Below, one piece after another: positions 12,724 to 26,432 of a stretch of 64,000 bases of DNA. The stretch's first letter is position 1. Every line of letters begins with the position of its first letter. A program made the translations under genes and the position numbers. Origin of the DNA: Eledone cirrhosa (taxonomy: Eukaryota); the NCBI GenBank assembly GCA_964016885.1, contig OZ024740.1:117738001-117802000 (forward strand). The letters run 5' to 3'. The notes below the pieces were generated by a model that was not told where the DNA came from, did no database searches, and saw only the letters and a list, made by a program, of their open reading frames with translations.

Positions 12724-12932
12724 CGTTTCCGAATTTGTTAGCAAGATTCTTTATCTGAAAACGTGTGTTGAAATCGATATTGTTATGCTTTGGGAGGGTC
12801 ATGTTGCCAATAAGAAACACACGCACCAGTTGCTTTCACTCAAATTTATTATAAATTAAATTTATAAATTTAAGAACTTATAAATTTCCGGTTGGTTGGT
12901 TGGTTGCACAACCGGACGGTTGTTCATATATT

Positions 12933-12975
12933 GTCAAAGTTCTTTCGTCACACATTCTGTGACCTCTTCAGCGAC
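12933..12975 (-). ncRNA. Type-I hammerhead ribozyme in the 3' pLTR
   Basis: Reverse complement reads gtcg-CUGAAGA-g-gtcac-agaatgt-gtgac-GAAA-gaac-UU-tgac. Confidence 0.7.
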
Positions 12976-14120
12976 TGGGGATTCTTTTCTTTGCTTTTGT
13001 GCCTCTCCTTTGTTCTGTCCTACGCCATCTTGTTTTTGTGTGTGTTGTGTGCTTAGTTTGTGCATGTGTTACATCCGGGTGTCTGTGTGCGTTTATATTT
13101 GTTTATTTATTTGTTTATTTACATGTTACTGGTTGGTTGTTTGTTCTATGTGTGTGTGTGTTTTCATTTTGTCCTTAATTGTAAGTTGTGATGTTGCTAT
13201 TCCATTGATGTTTTCTATTTAATTTTGGTTGGAGTTCATTTATGTTTATTGCCTCTGTGATTTGTCTAAACATTGCGTCTTTTCTGTGTGTAGATTCTAT
13301 TTTTATTTCTATGTTCTCTAATTTACCCTTATGTTCTATTTTAGCATGTTGGTGGAGTACAGATGATCCTTTTCTATCTTGAAGCTCTCACCAGTGTTCA
13401 TTTATCCGTTCTCCTATACTACGAGCTGTCTCACCTATGTACACTATATTCTTATCTCTACATTGTCCTTCAGTACATCTTATGCTGTATACTACATTTC
13501 TAGTTTTACAGTTAATATGGGGGCTTAGTTTAGAGATTATACATTTCTTATCTATACAGGGAGGTCTTTGAAAAGGGTATGTATTGCTAATAAGTGTTTT
13601 TATGGAGGTACCTGGTCTTTCTACTATCTTAATATTGAGTTTATGTTTATCTAGGGCCCTTCTAAATTTGTAAGCTAATTCCCCTCTAGGGGTTGTATTG
13701 ATGAACATTACACTCTGGTATTTATTGCATACCATGAGTTTATTCTATTAACCTTATTCCTAGTTCTTTCTATTCTATTCCAAAATTTGCTCCTATACAA
13801 GGGGCAGGTCCCATTTGTATCATTATTTACCATTTTTTCCCATTTGGTTCTGGCTCCTCTATATACTCCAACCAACATTAAATAGAAAACATGAATGGAA
13901 TAGCAACATCACAACTTACAATTAAGGACAAAATGAAAACACACACACACATAGAACAAACAACCAACCAGTAACATGTAAATAAACAAATAAACAAATA
14001 TAAACATACACAGATCCCCGGATGTAACACATGCACAAACTAAGCACACAACACACACAACAACAAGATGGCGTAGGACAGAACAAAGGAGAGGCACAAA
14101 AACAAAGAAAAGAATCCCCA

Positions 14121-14163
14121 GTCACTGAAGAGGCCACAGAATGTGTGACGAAAGAACTTTGAC
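14121..14163 (+). ncRNA. Type-I hammerhead ribozyme in the inverted pLTR
   Basis: gtca-CUGAAGA-g-gccac-agaatgt-gtgac-GAAA-gaac-UU-tgac. Confidence 0.65.
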
Positions 14164-15208
14164 AATATATGAACAACCGTCCGGTTGTGGAACCACCAAC
14201 CAACCGGAAATTTATAAATTCTTAAATTTATAAATTTAATTTATAATAAATTTGAGTGAAAGCAACTGGTGCGTGTGTTTCTTATTGGCAACATGACCCT
14301 CCCAAAGCATATCATCACCATTTTTTTCAGAACTCGTTCCATGTCAAGAATCAGTTGCTACTACGAGTTAGTACAACCCACAACGTCCCAAATTTGATCA
14401 CTAGCACGAGAACAAACTTTTGGTTGATTTACACCTGACCAAACAAAACATCGAAACTTTCAGAACAACTACCTTCTAAAATCAAACGAAAGCTATCACG
14501 AAGCGCTCAACCGACAGGTATTTCCTGCTCTACAATCAAACTTATAGCCGATGGATACTTCCAGTATTATTTTAACTTCTTTCCACGTTCAAATTGTTTT
14601 TTCGGAAATATTGACAATATAAGATATTTTTGTTTTCTGTGGCGTCATTGTCTAGTTGTTTACATTGCACACTAAACTCTGACTTTTAATGGACTGACAA
14701 TACACTTCAATATTTGGACGGTCATTTAGTATATTGAAGACAATTCACCTAACAAATATAATTAATCATTTAAAAACCATATTTTTGATTATATCAAAAT
14801 GTGCATACACATGAAACTTGGTTATATATATATTGTTACACTTGGGGAGGGTCATATTGTAATAATATTGCCAGAAATAATAACAGAACACACTCACTGT
14901 TTGGTTGGTTTTCGCCTCTGTATCTTTTATATCTCGATAGTTGATTTATCTGGCAATCAATGTTTGTCATTGATTGACCAGCGGTTAAAAATACAGATAT
15001 AAATATATATATATAGTCTATCAAAGTTGTTTCGTTGCACATCTGCAAAATCGTCAGTGGTACTAATATGTTTCATCCCCTTGTATTGTAATGTCTAAGC
15101 CATTTTTAATTAATTAATTAATTTATTTATTTATTTCTTCTTGTCTCTGTCTCTGCGTTTGCGTGTGTGTATAATGTTTGGAGTGTGTGTTCGCGTTTGA
15201 GTGTATGT

Positions 15209-15245
<37 letters not shown>

Positions 15246-15728
15246 GTATTTCATAATGTATATATATATATATATATATATAATGTATTTCATAATGTAT
15301 TTTTAACTCTGATACTGGTTCAGTCTGGTTAAAACTGAATTGGTCTGTCCCAGTCATTCATTGAGCAACATCGGTGAAGTTGGCACCCTTAACTCACAGT
15401 TGGGTGCGGATGCATTCATGTATATATGTGTGTGTCCGCATGTATCTGTGTGTTTCTAAATATATTAATAACTCCCTCTGGTCGAGCAATCTTTGAAGTG
15501 TGGGGACAACTGGAAAGCTTCCATTACTCATACTTCTCGCCTTCTTCACTACCTCTTCTACGGCCTCGATATGAATACCCCCTCCGCCTCCGTGGTATTT
15601 TCTTCGTGGTTATAGGAGGCTTAGCTCTGTTTCTCGACCGTTATATCGCGTGACTATCTCCCCCTCCGCCTTTTGGGATTCTTTCTCACGTCGTGTAGAC
15701 GCGTTCTTGAGACTAGTAAAATGAGGTA

Positions 15729-15816
15729 TCCTCTTGATAAGTTGGCAGACCTCGCAAGGACTCTATATCTTTGATATATAGTTTTTGTTTATGCCACGAA
15801 ACTACGTAGTCGAGGA
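15729..15816 (+). ncRNA. U3-A8 variant type-I hammerhead ribozyme
   Basis: Stem I tcctc/gagga; core UUGAUAA; stem II g(t)tggca/tgccac; GAAA; palindromic stem III actacgtagt; cleavage triplet GUC. Confidence 0.85.
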
Positions 15817-16319
15817 ATTTAGGAGCAGTTTAGGTATGATACATTTTATTACTAATTATATCTAAATGTTTCTTCTCTCTTCATAATGTATTTTTAACTC
15901 TGATACTGGTTCAGTCTGGTTCAAACTGAATTGGTCTGTCCCAGTCATTCATTGAGCAACATCGGTGAAGTTGGCACCCTTAACTCACAGTTGGGTGCGG
16001 ATGCATTCATGTATATATGTGTGTGTCCGCATGTATCTGTGTGTTTCTAAATATATTAATAACTCCCTCTGGTCGAGCAATCTTTGAAGTGTGGGGACAA
16101 CTGGAAAGCTTCCATTACTCATACTTCTCGCCTTCTTCACTACCTCTTCTACGGCCTCGATATGAATACCCCCTCCGCCTCCGTGGTATTTTCTTCGTGG
16201 TTATAGGAGGCTTAGCTCTGTTTCTCGACCGTTATATCGCGTGACTATCTCCCCCTCCGCCTTTTGGGATTCTTTCTCACGTCGTGTAGACGCGTTCTTG
16301 AGACTAGTAAAATGAGGTA

Positions 16320-16407
16320 TCCTCTTGATAAGTTGGCAGACCTCGCAAGGACTCTATATCTTTGATATATAGTTTTTGTTTATGCCACGAAACTACGTAG
16401 TCGAGGA
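16320..16407 (+). ncRNA. U3-A8 variant type-I hammerhead ribozyme (copy 2)
   Basis: Identical to 15729-15816. Confidence 0.85.
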
Positions 16408-16476
16408 ATTTAGGAGCAGTTTAGGTATGATACATTTTATTACTAATTATATCTAAATGTTTCTTCTCTCTTCATA

Positions 16477-16540
<64 letters not shown>

Positions 16541-16569
16541 ACACTGTGTACAATACTCCCCCGTGGACA

Positions 16570-16755
16570 TGACACCAGTCCATCGCAGGGTAAAACACCC
16601 AGCTATTGCTGGCACTAATTTTCAACTGAGTATACTAGAGCAACATGAAATGTAGTATTTTGCTCCAGAACACAACACCCAACCTAGTCAAGGAATCGAG
16701 TCCACGTCATTATGATCGTAAGTCTAACACCTTTACCACAAGGCCACGCGTTTCC
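16570..16755 (-). mobile_element. tRNA-derived SINE, degenerate
   Basis: Reverse complement has a tRNA-like head (gcgtggccttgtggtaaaggtgttagacttacgatc...gactcgattcc) followed by gtgttgtgttctggagcaaaatacta. Confidence 0.7.
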
Positions 16756-16919
16756 ATCTTTATCCTCTTCGGGGTAGACAAAATAAAGCACAGCTAAACT
16801 CTGTCTATAATCCTTTGCACTTGAGCTTAAATTATAATAGAAATTATTATTTCGCTACTACTACAGTTTAATGAATTCTGTTTATGTATGTTAACGACAA
16901 ATCATAGTATCTGTCAATA

Positions 16920-17560
16920 TTCAGTGCCTTCCAAATTGCTGGCAGCCTTGATCATGGTTTGTAAATTCTCTGCTTTGTGCATTTTCTTTTATCTGTGTAC
17001 AGTATGGTTGCTGTCGGTTGCTGACTTTCTCTATATTGGTCGAACTCATTTTCCCTCCATATAGGCTTCTTCATTATATAATGTTCGTGTTTGTTTCTAT
17101 GGATGGCTTGCATCTTGAAGAGCGTGGTTGTATTTGGTTATTATTTTCTGGACTTATTTGCTCATTCTCAGTGTATGAAGATGTTTTCTCTTATTCCTTG
17201 TTGATTGCTTTTGTTGTGGTCATTTCTCTATTATTAAAATTGGTTCTATTACATTATCATTTGTGATCGATTGTGTTTATTCTGTTGCGTTGTTTGCCAT
17301 TCTATTTGGTTGTATAACAAGGGAACAAAGGATATATTTAAAAAAAGGTGGAAATGGATATTCGGATGATTGCTTTGTGGCTATGGTTGTTTTTGGTCAT
17401 TTATCATTTTACCAGTATATAGTTAATCGTGTGTGCAATCTATTCTTTCATGCTGCCAGCAATGGGCAGTTAGGGTTCATTTTTTTTTGCATGTTGACGG
17501 TACTGTTGTGTAATAGAAACATATTTTTGCGTCTTTTGTTCTTTTGTTTTGTACTTTCCG
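16920..17560 (-). pseudogene. Heavily decayed retroelement fragment, possibly a PLE C-terminus
   Basis: The minus strand ends ...RLPAIWKAL, resembling PLE GIY-YIG C-termini, and has many stops. Confidence 0.3.
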
Positions 17561-17844
17561 AATGTATTCATTGTAAGGATTGTTGTTTTTTTTTATTTGA
17601 GTTGTTTTATATTTTTATGTGTATATATTGTGTGTCTATCGTTTATCGAATTGTGCTCACTTATTTATTTGGATCTCGTTCTTTCAACCACGTATTTTTC
17701 TTGTTTGTCTATAATTGTCTTCACGTAAAAAACAGTAATGAGTACTGATGGACACAACAATGACTACGATGACAAAGACATGGATATGGTAATCAAAAAG
17801 ATGATCTCCTCATTGTTGCTGCTGCTGATAATGATATGTGGATG

Positions 17845-18160
17845 CAATTATTAGGTGTAGGATTCAATCCTTCTATGTGACATCTTGGACAAGTGTCAGT
17901 TACCACACCCACTTCTCGATCCATGTTTTAGGATTGAAATTTGGTGGACAAAAACTATTTGAAAGCCCGTTGGATTAATCGGAAGTATGATTCAAATGTT
18001 CCGCATTCTCGCGCAGCAGTGCGCTCAATTTCCCTGAGAATTATATTCAAGGCACACAGGGCAGAGAATTGCTAAGCTACTTACACGTTAATTTTATAAC
18101 CATAATATTCCGTTGATTTAACGACTTGAACACTCGTCATCGAAACCAACGTAGGTCCAT
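17845..18160 (+). mobile_element. Old degenerate tRNA-derived SINE (family B-like)
   Basis: ggattcaatcc B-box-like motif; 3' part ttacacgttaatttt...ttccgttgatt...actcgtcatcgaaacc resembles 38588-38656. Confidence 0.55.
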
Positions 18161-18434
18161 TCGACTATTGTCGATGAGGATGAACATGGAAGCGTTATTT
18201 ATTTGTTTATATTTACTATTCCATCATCCTTTGACGCATGTATTCCATTGATATATTTTAGGGCTATAATTTAATCCATACCAATATATGTAAGCTGAAT
18301 AAAAGATCAGCTTTGTAAAGAAAAACTTAACAAAAAAACATACATGCATACATAGGTAGATGCATACATACGTAGATACACACACACACACACACACGAA
18401 GATACTTACAAGCACAGATAGATAGATAGATATA

Positions 18435-19911
18435 TTTCTTTATTAGCCACAGGGGACAAATAAAAAGGGGGAAGTTTACATACAATAAAAACGTGTAAAA
18501 TGTTATCACAAATGGAATTTTAAAAGTTAGTCGATTTTCCCCAATAGGGGGAGATAGTTCATACGGGTAACACATACCCCCGAAAAAATGTGCAACCCTC
18601 ATCTCCAGGAGTACGAAGAGTTTGTACTCCCTTCCTCTCCTCCTCCTTTTCCTCAACCTAAAGGCTGATATAGAGAGAAGGCCCATTCACTCGGGCCATT
18701 CTCGCCACTTTCACCCACCTTTCATAAAACTTGCTGGGGTACAACACCTCTCTCTCCATCCTGATTCTTCTTCCAAAGTGGTATTTGAAAAAAAGAATCA
18801 GTTGTTGGCCGGAGAGAAAGGTGTCTGACCTCAGCCCTTTCAACCTTGCCTACCATACAACCTCTTTCGCCATAGCTATCACACAAAGGAAAACCGCCTC
18901 TCCTTCGTTTTTGAAGGAGGGTGGCGGTTTGATCATGACAATGGACTCGGTGGTCAACCGGATTGGTCCCACCCACGACAATAGTCGTTCTACATAGCCC
19001 CACAGGTCAGTGACGCCCGGGCACTGTATGAATGCGTGCGCGACGGTTTCTTCGTCTCGCACGCACCTCGGACAGATCTTTTTTGCAGGGTCCCTGCCCG
19101 GGCGCCCATGTCTGTAGAGCTTGTCTCGAACTGGTAGAGCTCCTCGGTAGCACTGCCAGGCCAGGGACTTTTGGAAGTTGTCCATCGGTCCCGGGCGGAA
19201 GGTCCTACCGAATAGACTGGCCAGTTCATCTTCCTCTACGCCTAGAGTTTCACCGAGCGCGTTGTCGCACTTGCTGCGGACCAACCCTCTATAGAATGAC
19301 GAAGTGGAGTCTCCACTGATCGCCGGGTCCGCCTGCCAGAGGGCTGTGAGCTCCTGAGCACATTCGATGTGCCAGTCGCCCATTTTCCTCGGTCTTTGCT
19401 TGACCCAGGACTGCGGCTCGGTTAGCGAGACGAGTCGTGGGAAGGCTCGCCTCACGAACGGGGCCCACACCGGTTGTCCGGTGAGGAATACGTAGAGATG
19501 CCGCAGCCTGAGCGCGTGTTTGCGCATCGTCAACCACGGCATCCCCAGCCCTCCGTTAGAAGGGTGTTGGCAGCAGATGGATCTTCTCACCAAAGGAGCC
19601 CGCCTCTTCCAAAGGAATCGGAAGAGCGCGCGCTCCATTTTGGCGAGCGTTTTGGTTGTACAAGGCACGACGGGCAAGCGGTAGTAGATGGCGGACGCTA
19701 TAAAAGTGTTCGCCACCTCCGTTCGACCTTTCAAGGATAGTTTGCACTCGGCCCACTTCTGGGTGAGTGCAAACACCTTGGCCGTCACTTCGTTCCAGTT
19801 CTTCTCCACCTGGAGATCCGGACCAAACCAGACCCCGAGCAGCTTTACCGGTCCTTCCGTCCAGCGTCCGACGACGCCATCGGAAGGCATCGGTTTGCCT
19901 CTCCACGATCC
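18435..19911 (-). mobile_element. 5'-truncated Tx1/L1-clade LINE (ORF2 C-terminus plus 3' UTR) inserted in (GATA)n
   Basis: ORF 18850-19962 is homologous to 58728-60206 (KLLGVWFGPDLQ, LSLKGR, CPRC...ETV.HA...C). It ends cccctgtggctaataaagaaa and has GATA repeats on both sides. Confidence 0.92.
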
Positions 19912-21055
19912 GATAGATAGATAGATAGATAGATACATACATACATATATACACACATACATATATATACATTCATGATGATTGCTTTATCTTATCAGAT
20001 GATAGCCGTCTCGACAACACCTCAAATATTCCTGCAAATCCATAACGTCTCATGTGCCACGGAGTTGGCTTTTCAATCTAGCAACAAAAGGCTAGACCAG
20101 GAGCCCATCTCCAGGCACTGAAAATATTCCAACATAGGACACATCAACATTGATGGTTGGGGAAGCGTGACTGCTCACATCTATACTACATCTACCGAGC
20201 TGAGGAAACAACTATTGCGGTGGTATTTTATTGGTGCAAATTTACATGGCATCTCAATAACTGCAGTATAGGTCCAATCCTGTAGGGTGCCAAGATTTCA
20301 GAATCCCGACCTGCATTGGTTGGAGAAATAAGTTGAAAAATGAGAAGATCGCAAAAAAACAACTTCATATTATGGAGTATAGTGACTAACACTTGTGGCA
20401 TTCGACTTCCATTCTCGAAGTCTTGGTGAGTATTATCTGATGACAAGCCTAAGCAAGATGACCAGTAATCCTGTAAGCCGCAGGTTTCACTTTAGAATTT
20501 TCCTCACTTAGAAGAATTCCACAATATCTGCGTAGGGTCCTTCACAAACAGGGGGTTTATGAGATCCCGCGCATAGATGGGTTTTCATATTTATTATTAA
20601 GAAGTCTCGTCTACCCCAGATTTGAAATCAGGTTGAAACTTCCCTTAGACAGTCTGCCCATCAAGGAGACATTTCTTTTAATGTGCCAGTAACTCAAATT
20701 TACAACTTCTCCTTACTTACGTAAACATTTCTGCCACAGAAAGGCTAGGAGCGGGCTTCGGTTGTCAAATGTTATATATGACACAAGCCATTTGGGGTAT
20801 TATAGTAGGGTATATATACATAGGCTTACTCATACCCCGGAAATCATAACCTTGGGAGCTACATACATACATAAATACACACATACTGTATGCAACTATG
20901 TCGGAGTAAATTTTAATTATACTCTTAAGTTGAGTCAACTTATACAGCTCCATATGGAAATGGGGATAATTAGCCCACCTATACGGGCGAACAACTATAT
21001 AGTTTTGCCTTTTTCAAGTTTCAGTGGAGAGCAGGGGATATACTGTCCTGATTAG

Positions 21056-21225
21056 AGGATCGAATGTTACGATGGATTACAGGTTAAAAGGGTGACAGAA
21101 GAAACACCACCACCACCACCAAACACATCGCCATACATCCACCATCGCTCATTTCAGTATCATTGTTTTCTCTGTGTTTTCTCTGTCACTTTTTAACCTG
21201 TAATCCATCGTAACAGTCGATCCTG
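21056..21225. repeat. Inverted repeat with ~43-bp arms
   Basis: aggatcgaatgttacgatggattacaggttaaaagggtgacaga / tctgtcactttttaacctgtaatccatcgtaacagtcgatcct. Confidence 0.85.
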
Positions 21226-21724
21226 TAAATATCATGTCGCACCCATCACTCCCACCACCACCCCCAAGCACATCGCCATACTTGCAGAACCATCAACATC
21301 ACCAATACATACCACGCCTATCATCCCACCCTAAACAACGCAGGTGTGTGTGCCTGTGTGTAAGTATTTTTGTAAAACCGCCATCCCCACTGGCTATATA
21401 TATACACATGTGTATGTATATAATATATTTGTCAGGCTGCGTGTGTATATATATATCTCCTTATAGAATGAGCCCCCTTATCAATCCACCACCACAAATA
21501 TCACCCCACCACAAACACAGCAACCTTTCATCCTTATCATAAACAACAAAACCACACACAAAAATCAGCCACATCTACATGACAAAATGTCTACCGACAA
21601 CCATCACCCCCACACACCACCCACTTCAACCTACCACCGGCGCCACCAACTTATCAGCCATTCCCACATACACTACAGGCAAAAACATCCCTGTGAATTA
21701 ATCCACCAATCAAAACAAACTTCA

Positions 21725-22258
21725 CTGACCACCATGTCTCTCGACTGGAAAGTTCTGAGAATCCCGGAGCATATTCTGCGCGCCATGTTAACTTTGCTGT
21801 TTATATGAATGGCCCAGCTTATGTTATTGTCCACAATTACTACCAAGTCTCTGATGTTGTTGGATGCCACGAGAGTTTCACCCGAAGGAAGGGAACATGA
21901 AAATTTCAGGGCAACCTCTTTTCTAAAGTGGATTAATTTGAATTTATCCCCATTTACTGCATTTTTTTTCCGCCCATTGGAAATCAGCAAGTAGATCTGA
22001 TTAAAGGCATGTCCGGTCACCCACTTCCTTGATGACCTTCTGGAGCTTGGAATCATCTGTAAAGATTCTTATGTAGCTGTGCTTGATGACGTCAGTAATG
22101 TCATTGATATAGATAATGAAATGAAGTGGGCCAAACAGTGCCTTGTGGAACGCCTCTACTGACTTCGGCTGGGCTTGATTGTACTCCTTCGACTATAAAA
22201 TGTTGGGCTCTGTCTGGCAGGAACCACTTGATCCATTGCAGTAACTACCCAGAGACAC
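21725..22258 (-). mobile_element. CR1/L2-type LINE RT fragment, decayed
   Basis: The minus strand gives GVPQGTV..P.HFIIYINDI and RDLVVIVDNNISW..HINSKVNMARRICSGILRTF. Confidence 0.8.
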
Positions 22259-23472
22259 CAATGTGTGTGTGTGTATGCAAAAGGCAAACAGAAATATCAA
22301 AGCAAATGACATAGTACAATGAAGAAATATATATATATATATATACATACATACATATGCACGTATGTAATTATATATACCCTCATAATAGTTCAGCTGA
22401 AAATGAAATTGTTCAGAAGCATCTATCAAACTCAGTGTCGAGGACGGTAGTTGGGGCACCAGATAATCCTAATGGATACTGCACATTTAGTACCTTTCTG
22501 TATAAGTTTCAAATCACTCAATAGATGACTCGGATCTTTCCTCCGAGGTGTTTAATACATTGGTACCTGTAATATAACAGGATCATTTATATCTGTCTGG
22601 TGACTAGTCAGAAGGAAAACAGAATAGTTTGTTAAATGGAGGTGATAAAAGCGAACGTTACTTGGTAAAAGAAAATGGAAAGGAAAGCAAAGACGGAATG
22701 AAGACAGAAAATGTTAACAAAAGAAAAGAAAAGAAATATACATGAAAATAAATCCACCAGAAAGAAAAGTGGAGAAAAACCATAAAAAGAAACAAAACGC
22801 ACAAACAAATAGAATAAGTAATAGAATACAGCATAAAAAAGACATGGAAACAAACAAGAAAGAAAGAGATTGAAAAAGACAGTGAAAGGGTCTGAGAAGA
22901 TAATGAAAGAAGTAGGGAAAGAGAGAGAGTGAGAAAGAGAGAGAGTAAGAAAGAGAGTAAAAGATAGAAAAACAAAAGCGACACTGAAGGACAGAAAAAG
23001 ACAGAGAAATAGTGACACAGAGGGGAAGAAAGAGCGATAACTAGAATGAGATAATAACTGTTATATTTATATGTGAGCATTTTGTATTTTCGTGACAGAA
23101 ACTTTATCGTGTTCAGAGTACAGTCACGACTTTAAGTCTTGAGGAGTGCAATTAGATTTTTAATGCTTACACGACTGGCACTATTTGTTGTAAGCACGAA
23201 TGGTTTCAACTTGATTACAATGGACTCTTACGCCTTTATTGTTTGCATAGGTTTTGTCACCAAACTCGATACCAAGACATTCTTAGTTACATACAATATG
23301 AAGGAAAGACAACTTCCTCTAACTTTTATTTCTCTCACTTTCTCTCCTCTTTTCTCTATCTCAATTTCTTTAGCTTTCTATTTTATTCATTTCTTCTGTT
23401 TATTTTTATTTATTTCTCTGGTATCTCTTAAATTATCCACATCTTTCCTTTCTTAAAATCTCCCACTCTTCC

Positions 23473-23555
<83 letters not shown>

Positions 23556-23987
23556 CCTATCTAGCCATCTATCTATCGATCTATCTATGTATATGTCTGG
23601 ACAATAAATTGTCGTTCACTTGCCGTGTTCATTTCAATCACACTTACTCTCAATCTTTATATTCGCCTTTCACTACCAACACCACGCAATATTTGTCTCC
23701 ATTTTCTTATCTCTTGTTCAACCGTCTTCAGGCAATGCATTATATTTCTTTTATCCATTCGTGAAATATCTTGAATATCTTAATTATTATTTTACACCCA
23801 CCACAATGTTGTATAATTAGAAGTGCTTGTTTATAGTTTCTTCTGATATTCTATTTCATATTTTAAGTAAACAATAGCTAGGTTTAAATATCTTCTAATT
23901 AACAAATTTGTATACACGACATATATATGTAGGATATATGAATACAAGAAACATCGACTGGGGATTTCTATCAGGTATACATTACAC

Positions 23988-24680
<693 letters not shown>

Positions 24681-25374
24681 TGATACGTATGTAAATTTAA
24701 ATGATTGCACGGAGGGAATTGTAAAAAAATAACCTGCAGATAAATAAACTGGTCGTCGCTTTTGTGAGTGTACAATGAAAATATTCGCTAAACACTCCAG
24801 CAGTATTGAAAAATTAAGATTAACCTGATGCTAATTTCTTTACCGCTCAAGCTCTTCAACACATCCTTTCAGTAGGTCATTATCTGGAGATCTTTCACCC
24901 CGAACTAGACACTCTGGAATATTTTCTTTTTCTCAAACACGCACACATGACCTCTGGGAGGAAAGTGTCAGTACAGTCTTTTTAGTCGTCTGTTTAGAAA
25001 GCCACTATTGTCTCCGGACAGCTGCATTTGTAGCAGCAATTAACTATAACCGTCGGGTTGATTTTATCGAGAATTTCTCTGAATTTATTTGTTTATAACT
25101 TTTTTTTAGGAATTTTTCTATGCTTAGAATTGTAAACTGAGATAATTACCGTCAGATATAAGGCGGGAAAGGTAAACACAACCTACATGGTATAGCACCA
25201 ACTTTAACTCTAATAACCACGGACTTTCTATATCAATGCTACATGGCCCCCTGCAATTCGATGTAGCAGTGGGGGAAGAAACCACACCTCAAAATCTTAA
25301 CACATCTAAGTGTTTTAAGAGAGGATGAGAGAAAGCAAGATTGCAACATTTAGACCGAAGAAGAATCAACTGAA

Positions 25375-25548
25375 TTCTTACTTTATTTATCAACCTCTGA
25401 GGAATGGAATGCAGATTTGATCTCGTTAGTATTTGAACTCAGGTCAAGTCGGTATTTGAACTTAGGTCAGGTCAGTATTTGAGCTCAGGTCACTGGAAGC
25501 TAGAAGAAATATCCGACATTCTAACATCTCTGCAACTTTGCCGCCTTC
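25375..25548 (-). mobile_element. Degenerate SINE family A with triplicated B-box segment
   Basis: actttatttatcaacctctgaggaatggaatgcag, then gtatttgaactcaggtca three times at a 22-bp period. Confidence 0.6.
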
Positions 25549-26244
25549 TTTATGTTTACTTGCTAATAAAATGACATTTATTTGGTCTTAACTTTCGCTT
25601 ATGTATGGAAACTCGGCAATAATAGGTCTTAAATCATTATAAACACAAATACATACTGGAAAACGTCCTCCCATACTTAAAATGATCAACAAATGAATAC
25701 AATTCTCCTGGTATAGCAGCAATTATGGTCTTTCTATTTAGGAGTTAATAAGATAACATACTTTCGATTTCATTTATGAATTATTTATACAATAGAAAGT
25801 CTGTATTGATAGACATTAGATCGGCATGGACACAAATGTACGATGCAAAACATCTTAAAATTGGAGAAGAACAGCAAATCAATTGACGAATCTCAAACCC
25901 TATAACCATCGCTTGTTGAACATCGGCGTCTTCGATTCCACAATAGTGACACGGCGTCCCCTTTGCTTTCAAATTACTTATAAATATCTAGTTTTTAATT
26001 TCCACGCCATTCTCATCTGCTTTATTGGTAGTTCATCAATCACTTAGCACTGTGCACTGCCAGGATTCTTCTAATAATTCTTTCTACGTTTTGCACAAGG
26101 CCAGCAATTAACCAGTGCATTACTGGTACTTTATTTTATCAACCCGTACAAAAGCGTACAGCTTTAGATCGTCCGTATACAGGAGATCGTTGATTTTCAT
26201 GCCATAGCAGTTATATTCTAATTCAGTCTTGATTAATATATCAG

Positions 26245-26432
26245 ATAATTGTTTCTACGTTAGGCACAAGGCCAGCAATAACCCAGTGCATTACTGGTAC
26301 TTTATTTTATCGACCCCGTAAGGATGAAAGGCAAAGTCAACCTCGGCGGGATTTGAACTCAGATCGTAAAGGGACGTAACTATGCTGGAAAGCATGGCGT
26401 CCGACCCTCTACCGATACTGCCAATCCACCGC
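26245..26432 (-). mobile_element. SINE family A, full length (partial copy also at ~26080-26148)
   Basis: Near-exact reverse complement of 34590-34781. Confidence 0.92.

Larger units (their letters stand above)
12784..14311 (-). mobile_element. 5'-truncated Penelope-like element: GIY-YIG endonuclease remnant between inverted pLTRs
   Basis: ORF 13388-13735 gives CKTRNVVYSIRC...YIGETARSIGERINEH. Inverted arms 12784-13235 and 13865-14311 each carry an HHR. Confidence 0.92.
15290..16481 (+). mobile_element. Tandem dimer of a 591-bp non-coding unit, one U3-A8 HHR per unit (retrozyme or non-autonomous PLE-like)
   Basis: The period is 591 bp (identical ORFs at 15426 and 16017). The copies are almost identical and are flanked by (TA)n on both sides. 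Confidence 0.88.

Noticed and set aside
15426-16244. Identical duplicated 75-aa ORFs
   Set aside because: A by-product of the 591-bp tandem, with no recognisable protein motif.
20965-21022. Another U3-A8 HHR on the minus strand (UUGAAAA-aggc...gccc-GTAT)
   Set aside because: The GAAA box has two mismatches and stems I and III are poor, so it is too degenerate to call.
25781-25972. Candidate coding exon
   Set aside because: No convincing splice-site pair or recognisable homology on either strand.
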